NCBI GenBank assembly: GCA_040954595.2
Contig: CM082579.2
Span: forward strand, 13,765,834-13,829,833
DNA: 64,000 nucleotides
Direction of reading: 5' to 3'
DNA from: Balanoglossus misakiensis
Lineage: Eukaryota; Animalia; Hemichordata
Under the pieces are notes generated by a model that was not told where the DNA came from, ran no database searches, and was given only the letters and a program-made list of their open reading frames with translations. A program made the translations under genes and the position numbers. Of the stretch, positions 25,701 through 37,100 are shown piece after piece (the stretch's first letter is position 1; each line of letters opens with the position of its first letter).

Positions 25701-27090
25701 TTTCTGATAATTTCTACAAGTTGACATATTTTTTCAAAACTGCAGGGCAAATCAATTACTAATTGACTGTCCGGTTCAAAGTTTGACAATAATATCATTA
25801 GTGGTCATGTGACTTTTGATGCCTTATTGGATTTTTGAAAATCTCATTATAATTGTCATTTTTTTATCTAATCAAGTTTTCAAGTGAATTTTGATTGGTT
25901 AAATCTCATTGGAGCCAAATTAGATTTTCTAAACTCCGATTAAGAACTAAATTTTCCTATTTTTAGCCTATGCATTGATTGCATACAAATTCCTTTAATG
26001 GATACGAGTCACCATACGACTAGAATATGTTACAATTTTTTGGCAACTTTCACATGTCCTTTGATCCAACCTTTTTCAACACCTAATAATACAAATTTTT
26101 GGCAACTTTCATTTGTTCTTTGATCCAGATCTTTCAGAACTTAATTAAAGCTTATTGAAGCCAAATTGGATTTTATGAATTCTGATTAAAAACTAAAATT
26201 TCCTTTTTCTGGGCTACTCATTGATTGCACACCAATTCTTTTTATAGATACGAGTCTTCATATGACCAGAATACATTGCATTTTTTTGCAACTTTCGCAT
26301 GTATTTTGATCTAGTTTTTTTCAGAACTTAATTATTCGTGGATGTGCCTCTTGTTGAAAAGCACAACAGTGATGATTTTTGTCACATTACTGCTGCCAGG
26401 ACATATTTTGGCATTGAACTTCGTTCTACATTTGGCACCTGTATTCTTTTCTGAATATCTTATTGCGGCAAGACTAGTAGCACTAGAGGTTTGGTTTTTG
26501 ATGTATATGGACAAGTATGGGACTTAGGTATTTTTGTTACATTTGGAATCCACTGGACCAATGTTGACCTTATTAAATATGTGCATATCTAATGCTGAGC
26601 TTACCCATATTGTTACAGGTTGAATTTTTTATGAACATGCTCTACTTTTGGACTTAATTTTTTTGCTGAATTTCTTGACCAATGATAATCTATAAATATG
26701 TGCTTACGTAATTGTAGACTAGACAATGAAGCTTTGAGTCTGGGTTTCCTTGAACATAGACCACTATGCAATCAAAATTTTTTCTGACATTTTTGATGGC
26801 TTTGGTTTTGGACATTTTTGATGGACCTATTTTTCCATGCCTTGGCATGCACAGCAGATAACATCTTACAATTTTGAAGGCTGGAACACCTAATAACCAG
26901 GTTAACCAATAGAGCCAGAAGTCTTGTTTTTCATTTTACACTGATCATTTTGGAAGAAAAATTTGTTGACAATTTTGGGTGAGCTCTTGGTGACCTTTGA
27001 TCAACTTTCCTATAAACATAGCAGATATAGCATTGGCACTCTCTGGTATCCATAGGAACTGCTTAGACCTAGCCAATGTTGGTCGCACCT
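19745..27090 (+). repeat. ~890-bp macrosatellite, block 2 (~8 monomers, decaying rightwards)
   Basis: Exact 890-bp offset between ORFs 20570 and 21460; later copies are more diverged and carry indels. Confidence 0.92.
22368..22498 (-). mobile_element. 131-bp 5'-truncated L2-type LINE 3' end with a 7-bp target-site duplication
   Basis: Minus strand reads KNHMKTHMFERAYSVV* (L2 'LKTHLF..AY' terminus), then gcgctatataaa and a (TTGA/TTTGA)n tail. TSD aacaaaa at 22361-22367 and 22499-22505; the empty site is seen at ~16840. Confidence 0.85.
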
Positions 27091-27171
27091 TATTTTTTTT
27101 TATTAATTGACCATATGTACCCCTTGACCCTCAGTTTGTTGGGTTGGGCTGGCTTGCCACATTAATGCTAT

Positions 27172-28563
27172 CATAAGGGGCACAAGCCAGGCGAGGTAGA
27201 TCTGGAAAACCGCAGCACCTACAGGGCTGAAACTTGGTAGGGTGATAGGGGCCAATGAGTAGACCTAGAGTGGCCGTGAATATTTAATTAGTCACGTGAC
27301 CTGGCGGCCATATTAGATTTTCCGAAAACCGTTAAATGACTCCTTCTCAAAAACTACTGGGCCAATCGAGTTCAAATTTTGTGTGCAGGTAGCCTACCTT
27401 CTGTCCATCATTTTACCCCATTGAAATCATGATGTCAAATATAAAGTTTTTTTGCTACAATTTCTTTTCTGAAAAACTACTTAAAACTTTTAAAATCTTC
27501 TTCTCCAGAAGCAGTGATCGCCGAGTTATGGGATTCGGGGTATGCAGTCACCTAACCTATGTCTTTCAAGTTTGCGAAGTGCACTGTGATTGGTCGATCA
27601 TTATGGCGGCCATATTGGATTTCCTGAAAACCATTGAAAAATGTAAATTCCGTTCTATAGCCAAAATGTTGACACCAAGGAAATTATTTTTGTGGATATA
27701 AGTCATCATATAACCGGAACTTGTCACAATTTTGGGGGGGGCAATTTTCACATGACCTTTGACCCAGTTTTAAACCAACTAATTATATATGCATATTCCC
27801 CATACCTCCTCTTTTAAAAGCACTACAGTCATGAATTTTGTGGACATGGGTACCAATGCTGTCAGGACATGACACAAATATTTTGGCAATGACCTTTGAC
27901 CTATTTCTGAAACATCATTTTTCTGCATATCTAAATCCAGGCTAACCAATAGGGCTCCAGGTCTGGTTTTTGTTGGACATGGCCCACTATGGGGTCAAAC
28001 GTTTATGCCCAAATTTTGGGTGACGTTTGACCTACTTTCCCATATCTCAGCTTCCAGAGCAGTTACAGCCCTGGCTATTGGGGGATTGACCACCTAATAG
28101 AGTCTTACACAATACCTCATTAATTATGTGCATATCTTATTCCAAGCTAACCAACAGGGCTAGATGTTTGGTTTTTGTTGTATAAGGACATATGTGGTGT
28201 CAAAATTTTTGCTCAAATTTTGGTGACCTCAGGTGACCTTTGACCTTCTTCCCTATATCTCGGCATCCAGACAGGATAGAGCCTTGGCTTTAGGAGGGAT
28301 TGAACACCTTTTGGGGTCTTTTATGTTACCTCATTAATTATGCACATATCTAATTCCAGGCTAACCAATAGGGCTAGAGGTTTGGTTTTTGTTGGTCATG
28401 GACAAGTATCGTGTCAAAATGTTTCGCCCAAATTTGGGTGAACTCAGGTGACCTTTGACCTACTTTCCCATATCTTGGTATCCACAGCAGATACAGCTTT
28501 GGGATTCGCTGGTTACCATGGGAACCGTTTGTGCCCCACCAACGCTGCTTGCAGCTTTAATTA
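27172..28563 (+). mobile_element. Apparently full-length non-autonomous Helentron/HINE(DINE-1)-like element
   Basis: Subterminal inverted repeat ggggcacaa (27177-27185) / ttgtgcccc (28529-28537), 3' hairpin gctgc-tt-gcagc (28544-28555) followed by tttaatt, and three ~210-bp internal repeats (gcatatct...ctaaccaa.agggct). No TSD or ORF. Confidence 0.7.
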
Positions 28564-28579
28564 TCATTGATTTCATGTA

Positions 28580-28690
28580 TTTAATTCTTTCATTCTTTTT
28601 TCTTCTGTAGGTCCCACCGGTACTCTTCTTCTTCTCTCTCTCTTTCTTTCTTTCTTTCTTTTTTCTCTCTTCTCTTCTTTTTTTCCCTGT
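28580..28690 (+). repeat. Polypyrimidine (CT/CTTT) tract
   Basis: Read directly. Confidence 0.9.
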
Positions 28691-29285
28691 AGGCCCCAAT
28701 GGTAACACCATAATCAACCTACTAACGTAAAATTTGATGGATGGGTGGAGCGGAGTGTCAACCATAGCCAACCTACTAATATAAACTTTGATGGATGGAT
28801 GGAGCGGAGCGTCAACCATAGTCAACCTACTAATATTAAACTTTGATGGATGGATTGGAGAGGAGCGTCAACCATAGTCAACCTACTAAATATAAACTTT
28901 GATGGATGGATGGGGCGGAGCGTCAACCATAGTCAACCTGCTGAAATATAAACTTTGATGGATGGATGGTGCCATGGAGCGTCAACTTAAACGATGGAGA
29001 AGTGGAAGGATGGAGAAGAAGAGTTTTTTTTCTCTTTTTTCTCTTTTTTTTCCTGTAGGGCTCACTGGTAACACCATAATCAACCTACTAACGTAAAATT
29101 TGATGGATGGATGGATGGAGCGGAGTGTCAACCATAGTCAACCTACTAATATTAAACTTTGATGGATGGATGGAGCGGAGCGTCAACCATAGTCAACCTG
29201 CTGAAATATAAACTTTGGTGGATGGATGGTGCCGTGGAGCGTCAACTTAAAGGATGGAGATGTGGAAGGATGGAGAAGTGGAGTT
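28680..29285 (+). repeat. ~50-bp minisatellite inside a duplicated ~365-bp block
   Basis: Unit tttgatggatggatggagcggagcgtcaaccatagtcaacctactaatataaac, about 5 + 3 copies. The lead-in cctgtagg...ggtaacaccataatcaacctactaacgtaaaa occurs at ~28687 and ~29052. Confidence 0.9.
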
Positions 29286-29399
29286 TCAACATAATAAACC
29301 TATTGACTGAAATTATGAGGTAGAGTTATATAGGAGTACAAAACGAAGTGATCGTAATATAAAACTTAATAGTCCAATAAATCAGGTTAATAATTGGTA

Positions 29400-29945
29400 G
29401 TGATTACTTATGCTAAAATGAGGTTAACAGCAATGGCTTTGTGCAGGGTATGATAATAGGTTCATAAATGTGTATGGTATAATAAAGGCGAACAAATATG
29501 AATGGTTTAATAAAAGGGTTACAAATGTGATGATGGCTTATGGTAAAATTTGAGTGTACACAGGTTATACAGGGGTAACAGTGGTTTTTTGGATGAAGGG
29601 AATGATAATAGGGTAACAAATGTGACTGGTATAAAAGGTATAATAATGGGTTTATAATATGATGATGACTTGTGTACACAGGTTATAATGGGTATATGAA
29701 TGAGAAGGGTATAATAAATGGTGATAACTGTGTCGGGTTTAATAAAGGTAACAATCATGGAAGGGTATAATAACGATTAATAATTGCGGTGATGGCTTAT
29801 GGTGATATTAAGTATACAAGGGTGTTAATATTGATGATGATGACAGAGGTATAATAATGATATAACATTAAATAAGTGTCCAGGGTCTAATAATCATGTT
29901 GGTTCATTAATTGGTTAATGTGTATGTTTTATGAATAACATGCTA
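29400..29945 (+). repeat. C-poor low-complexity cryptic repeat (agggtataataa-like motif)
   Basis: Recurrent ggtataata/gggttataat/ggtttaataaa variants with strong strand asymmetry. Confidence 0.7.
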
Positions 29946-30619
29946 TTATTTCTCAGATAGATAATACTCGTCAGCATCGTTATTCGGTGGAATTTCTCGG
30001 AACGGTACCCGTGATCGTATTCGCGCATGGACACATTGTACGCGACAGACAGGCAGAACATGTTAGGTTAGCTAAACCTCCCCACCCCATCCAAATTCCA
30101 AATTTAGCTTAGATCATGGGGTGAGAGGAGGAGAGGACAGTTTTTTTTCCTCTTTTGTAACTGGTCTGAGGTTTTTAACTGCCCTTTAGGCGCGTAAATT
30201 AGATATGTAATCATACAAGTAGTTATCTTGCTTTATTTGAAAACAATTATGATAGAGCTCTGCGAGATTATATACACGATAGTGTGTTATATAATGCTAA
30301 GGTAAAAGTAAACTTAACCCACTAACCCATCACTCTATTGTGTGCATAATTTGCAGATGCTATTTTGACTGGCCCATTGTCACAGTTCAACCACATGACA
30401 CCTTGTTTCAAAAAGAGCAAAAACTATTTGTGTTAATTTCTTTCAGGTTAACTACATGACACATTGTTTCAAATTGGCCTGCAAGATTTACTACTTGAAC
30501 CTCCACCCCCCTCCAGCCCCCCCCCCCCCCCAAAAAAAAACAAAATAAAAATAAAAAATTAGGGATTAATCAATCGCTATATTATGAACATTCACATGAA
30601 AATTATGCAACCAAATTAG

Positions 30620-30673
30620 AGGTATTCTGGAGGCGTCTTCTGATGTCAGGTGGTTCAAATCCACCAATACCTA
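30620..30673 (+). ncRNA. tRNA-like mini-structure (acceptor stem and canonical T-arm, D-arm missing)
   Basis: AGGTATT/AATACCT 7-bp stem; GGTGG-TTCAAAT-CCACC T-arm directly stacked on it; middle hairpin GGCGTC/GATGTC. Expression is unknown. Confidence 0.4.
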
Positions 30674-31092
30674 AGCTGGAAACATAACTTTTCATTGGTG
30701 TTCATATATGGCAAATAAAACATGCATATTCATATTCTCAAATTTCAGAAATGAACAAATTGAAGTAGATTCTTTTCGATATGCCTTTATAAACCAACTT
30801 TAATCCTATTTTACCCACTTTACTCAAAATGTTGTGTTTAAATTGCCCACAAGTAAGTCTTTTCTTATCTGCATATATTCATAATGTTTTCCGCAAAGTG
30901 TACAACTGCATGTCTTGTGATCAGTATTGTGACATCTAAGAAGAACGGGAACTGGTCAGAGAACTGGGATATGGGAGCTGACAAACTGAGTTGTTGGAAA
31001 TTCAAAGAGACTAATTTGCACTTTTCCACATTTTCTTGAAATCTGACTAGGAGCTAAACAAGGCACCATACAGAAAGGTCATTCTGTCACAT

Positions 31093-31135
31093 AGTCATAG
31101 TCCAGTGGTTAGAGGATCATGGGTTCGAACCCTGT
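31093..31135 (+). promoter_or_regulatory. tRNA-derived Pol III A-box/B-box remnant (SINE head or tRNA pseudogene) at the satellite edge
   Basis: TAGTCCAGTGG (31098-31108) and GGTTCGAACCC (31122-31132); the anticodon arm is missing. Confidence 0.6.
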
Positions 31136-34100
31136 CACTTTGACATGGGTATAAAATGTGTATAGGGGGATTTAAAGTTGTCAGTAAATCCCTGGGTTAA
31201 TACGTGGCGGAAAGCACTGTACTTTGACATTGCTAATGCAACGATGACATTGAATGGGATTCTTTGCATTAGGGCAAATGGCGAAGCAAGCTCAATGATG
31301 CATCAGAGTAGACGGTGATGCAAGCTCTGCACTTTCACATGGGTATTTAATGTTAAATGTAAATCCATAGGTTAATACGTGGCCAAAAGCACTCTATTTT
31401 GACATTGTTAATGAAACGATGACATTGAATCTGATTCTTTGCATCAGGGCAAATGGCGAAGCAAGGTTGATGATGCATCAGGGTAGATAGTGATGCAATC
31501 ACTTCACTTTGACATGGGTATTAAATGCATATGGGGATTTCAAGTTGATGATAAATCCCTGGGTTAATACGTGTCCAAAAGCACTGTACTTTGACATTGC
31601 TAATGCAACGATGACATTGAATCAGATTCTTTGCATCAGGTTAAATGGCGAAGCAAGGTTGATGATGCATCAGGGTAGATAGTGATGCAAGCTCTGCACT
31701 TTGACATGGGTATAAAATGCCTACAGGGGGATTTAAAGTTGTCTGTAAATCCCTGGGTTAATACGTGTCCAAAAGCACTGTACTTTGACATTGCTAATGC
31801 AACGATGACATTGAATCTGATTCTTTGCATCAGGGTAAATGGCGAAGCAAGGTTGATGATGCATCAGGGTAGATAGTGATGCAAGCTCTGCACTTTGACA
31901 TGGGTATAAAATGCCTACAAGGGGATTTAAAGTTGTCTGTAAATCCCTGGGTTAATACGTGGCGGAAAGCACTGTACTTTGACATTGCATATGCAATGGT
32001 GACATTGAATGGGGTTCTTTGCATTAGGGCAAATGGCGAAGCAAGCTCAATGATGCATCAGAGTAGATGGTGATGCAAACTCTGCACTTTCACATGGGTA
32101 TTTAATGTTAAATGTAAATCCATAGGTTAATACGTGGCCAAAAGCACTCTAATTTGACATTGCTAATGCAACGATGACATTGAATCTGATTCTTTGCATC
32201 AGGGCAAATGGCGAAGCAAGGTTGATGATGCATCAGGGTAGATAGTGATGCAAGCTCTGCACTTTGACATGGGTATAAAATGCCTACAGGGGGATTTAAA
32301 GTTGTCTGTAAATCCCTGGGTTAATACGTGGCGGAAAGCACTGTGCTTTGACATTGCATATGCAATGGTGACATTGAATGGGATTCTTTGCATTAGGGCA
32401 AATGGCGAAGCATGCTCAATGATGCATCAGAGTAGATGGTGATGCAAACTCTGCACTTTAACATGGGTATTGAATGTTAACTGTAAATCCATAGGTTAAT
32501 ACGTGTCCAAAAGCACTCTAATTTGACATTGCTAATGCAACGATGACTTTGAATCTGATTCTTTGCATCAGGGCAAATGGCGAAGCAAGGTTGATGATGC
32601 ATCAGGGTAGATAGTGATGCAATCACTTAACTTTGACATGGGTATTAAATGCATATGGGGATTTCAAGTTGATGATAAATCCCTGGGTTAATACGTGTCC
32701 AAAAGCACTGTACTTTGACATTGCTAATGTAACGATGACATTGAATCTGTTTCTTTGCATCAAGGTAAATGGCGTAGCAAGCTTTATATTGCATCAGGGT
32801 AGATAGTGATGCAAACACTTCACTTTGATATGGGTATTAAATGCATATGGGGATTTCAAATTGATGATAAATCCCTGGGTTAATACGTGTCCAAAAGCAC
32901 TGTACTTTGACATTGCTAATGCAACGATGACATTGAGTCTGATTCTTTGCATCAGGGTAAATGGCAAAGCAAGGTTGATGATGCATCAGGGTAGATAGTG
33001 ATGCAATCACTTCACTTTGACATGGGTATTAAATGCATATGGGGATTTCAAGTTGATGATAAATCCCTGGGTTAATACGTGTCCAAAAGCACTGTACTTT
33101 GGCATTGCTAATGCAACGATGACATTGAATCTGATTCTTTGCATCAGGGTAAATGGCGTAGCAAGCTTTATGATGCATCAGGGTAGATAGTGATGCAAAC
33201 ACTTAACTTTGACATGGGTATTAAATGCATATGGGGATTTCAGGTTGTTGAAAAATCTGTGGGTTAATACGTGTCCAAAAGCACTGTACTTTGACATTGC
33301 TAATGCAACGATAACATTGAATCTGATTCTTTGCATCAGGGTAAATGGCGTAGCAAGCTTTATGATGCATCAGGGTAGATAGTGATGCAATCACTTAACT
33401 TTGACATGGGTATTAAATGCATATGGGGATTTCAAGTTGATGATAAATCCCTGGGTTAATACGTTTCCAAAACCACTGTACTTTGACATTGCTAATGTAA
33501 CGATGACATTGAATCTGTTTCTTTGCATCAGGGTAAATGGCGTAGCAAGCTTTATATTGCATCAGGGTAGATAGTGATGCAAACACTTCACTTTGACATG
33601 GGTATTAAATGCATATGGGGATTTCAAGTTGATGATAAATCCCTGGGTTAATACGTGTCCAAAAGCACTGTACTTTGACATTGCTAATGCAACGATGACA
33701 TTGAGTCTGATTCTTTGCATCAGGGTAAATGGCGAAGCAAGGTTGATGATGCATCAGGGTAGATAGTGATGCAATCACTTCACTTTGACATAGGTATTAA
33801 ATGCATATGGGGATTTCAAGTTGATGATAAATCCCTGGGTTAATACGTGTCCAAAAGCACTGTACTTTGACATTGCTAATGCAACGATGACATTGAATCT
33901 GATTCTTTGCATCAGCGTAAATGGCGAAGCAAGGTTGATGATGCATCAGGGTAGATAGTGATGCAATCACTTCACTTTGACATGGGTATTAAATGCATAT
34001 GGGGATTTCAAGTTGATGATAAATCCCTGGGTTAATACGTGTCCAAAAGCACTGTACTTTGACATTGCTAATGCAACGATGACATTGAATCTGATTCTTT

Positions 34101-37100
34101 GCATCAGGGTAAATGGCGTAGCAAGCTTTATGATGCATCAGGGTAGATAGTGATGCAAACACTTCACTTTGACATGGGTATAAAATGCCTACAGGGGGAT
34201 TTAATGTTGTCTGTAAATCCCTGGGTTATTACGTGTCCAAAAACACTGTACTTTGACATTGCTAATGCAGCGATGACATTGAATCTGATTCTTTGCATCA
34301 GGGTAAATGGCGAAGCAAGGTTGATGAAGCATCAGGGTAGATAGTGATGCAAGCTCTGCACTTTGACATGGCCATAAAATGCCTACAGGGGGATTTAAAG
34401 TTGTCTTTAAATCCCTGGGTTAATACGTGGCGGAAAGCACTGTACTTTGACATTGCATATGCAATGGTGACATTGAATGGGATTCTTTGCATTAGGGCAA
34501 ATGGCGAAGCAAGCTCAATGATGCATCAGAGTAGATGGTGATGCAAACTCTGCACTTTCACATTGGTATTTAATGTTAAATGTAAATCCATAGGTTAATA
34601 CGTGGCCAAAAGCACTCTAATTTGACATTGCTAATGGAACGATGACATTGGATCTGATTCTTTGCATCAGGGCAAATGGCGAAGCAAGGTTGATGATGCA
34701 TCAGGGTAGATAGTGATGCAATCACTTAACTTTGACATGGGTATTAAATGCATATGGGGATTTCAAGTTGATGATAAATCCCTGGGTTAATACGTGTCCA
34801 AAAGCACTGTACTTTGACATTGCTAATGCAACGATGACATTGAATCTGATTCTTTGCATCAGGGTAAATGGCGTAGCAAGCTTTATGATGCATCAGGGTA
34901 GATAGTGATGCAAACACTTCACTTTGACATGGGTATAAAATGCCTACAGGGGGATTTAATGTTGTCTGTAAATCCCTGGGTTATTACGTGTCCAAAAACA
35001 CTGTACTTTGACATTGCTAATGCAGCGATGACATTGAATCTGATTCTTTGCATCAGGGTATATGGCGTAGCAAGCTTTATGATGCATCAGGGTAGATAGT
35101 GATGCAAACATTTCACTTTGACATGGGTATTAAATGCATATGGGGATTTCAGGTTGTTGAAAAATCTGTGGGTTAATACGTGTCCAAAAGCACTGTACTT
35201 TGCCATTGCTAATGCAACGATGACATTGAATCTGATTCTTTGCATCAGGGTAAATGGCGTAGCAAGCTTTATGACGCATCAGGGTAGATAGTGATGCAAA
35301 CACTTCACTTTGACATGGGTATAAAATGCCTACAGGGGGATTTAAAGTTGTCTGTAAATCCCTGGGTTAATACGTGGCTGAAAGCACTGTACTTTGACAT
35401 TGCATATGCAATGGTGACATTGAATGGGATTCTTTGCATTAGGGCAAATGGCGAAGCAAGCTCAATTATGCATCAGAGTAGATGGTGATGCAAACTCTGC
35501 ACTTTCACATGGGTATTTAATGTTAAATGTAAATCCATAGGTTAATACGTGGCCAAAAGCACTCTAATTTGACATTGCTAATGTAACGATGACATTGATT
35601 ATGATTCTTTGCATCAGGGTAAATGGCGTAGAAAGCTTTATGATGCATCAGGGTAGATAGTAATGCAAACACTTCACTTTGACATGGGTATTAAATGCAT
35701 TTGGGGATTTCAGGTTGTTGAAAAATCTGTGGGTTGATACGTGTCCAAAAGCACTGTACTTTGACATTGCTAATGCAATGATGACATTGAATCTGATTCT
35801 TTGCATCAGGGTAAATGGCGTAGCAAGCTTTATGATGCATCAGGGTAGATAGTGATGCAAACACTTCACTTTGACATGGGTATAAAATGCCTACAGGGGG
35901 ATTTAAAGTTGTCTGTAAATCCCTGGGTTAATACGTGTCCAAAAGCACTGTACTTTGACATTGCTAATGCAACGATGACATTGAATCTGATTCTTTGCAT
36001 CAGGGTATATGGCGTAGCAAGCTTTATGATGCATCAGGGTAGATAGTGATGCAAACATTTCACTTTGACATGGGTATTAAATGCATATGGGGATTTCAGG
36101 TTGTTGAAAAATCTGTGGGTTAATACGTGTCCAAAAGCACTGTACTTTGACATTGCTAATGCAACGATGACATTGAATCTGATTCTTTGCATCAGGGTAA
36201 ATGGCGTAGCAAGCTTTATGATGCATCAGGGTAGATAGTAATGCAAACACTTCACTTTGACATGGGTATTAAATGCATATGGGGATTTCAGGTTGTTGAA
36301 AAATCTGTGGGTTAATACGTGTCGAAAAGCACTGTACTTTGACATTGCTAATGCAATGATGACATTGAATCTGTTTCTTTGCATCAGGGTAAATGGCGTA
36401 GCAAGCTTTATGATGCATCAGGGTAGATAGTGATGCAAACACTTCACTTTGACATGGGTATAAAATGCCTACAGGGGGATTTAAAGTTGTCTGTAAATCC
36501 CTGGGTTAATACGTGTCCAAAAGCACTGTACTTTGACATTGCTAATGCAACGATGACATTGAATCTGATTCTTTGCATCAGGGTATATGGCGTAGCAAGC
36601 TTTATGATGCATCAGGGTAGATAGTGATGCAAACATTTCACTTTGACATGGGTATTAAATGCATATGGGGATTTCAGGTTGTTGAAAAATCTGTGGGTTA
36701 ATACGTGTCCAAAAGCACTGTACTTTGACATTGCTAATGCAACGATGACATTGAATCTGATTCTTTGCATCAGGGTAAATGGCGAAGCAAGGTTGATTAT
36801 GCATCAGGGTCGATAGTGATGCAAGCTCTGCACTTTGACATGGGTATAAAATGCCTACAGGGGGATTTAAAGTTGTCTGTAAATCCCTGGGTTAATATGT
36901 GGCGGAAAGCACTGTACTTTGACATTGCATATGCAATGGTGACATTGAATGGGATTCTTTGCATTAGGGCAAATGGCGAAGCAAGCTCAATTATGCATCA
37001 GAGTAGATGGTGATGCAAACTCTGCACTTTCACATGGGTATTTAATGTTAAATGTAAATCCATAGGTTAATACGTGGCCAAAAGCACTCTAATTTGACAT

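Noticed and set aside
15786-27751. Recurring 60-127 aa ORFs such as MISKFVGPNLRD...
   Set aside because: They are chance frames in the 890-bp repeat and are not preserved across monomers; no Rep, helicase or transposase motifs.
31093-31135. Functional tRNA gene
   Set aside because: Only 13 bp separate the A and B boxes; there is no anticodon arm or acceptor stem.
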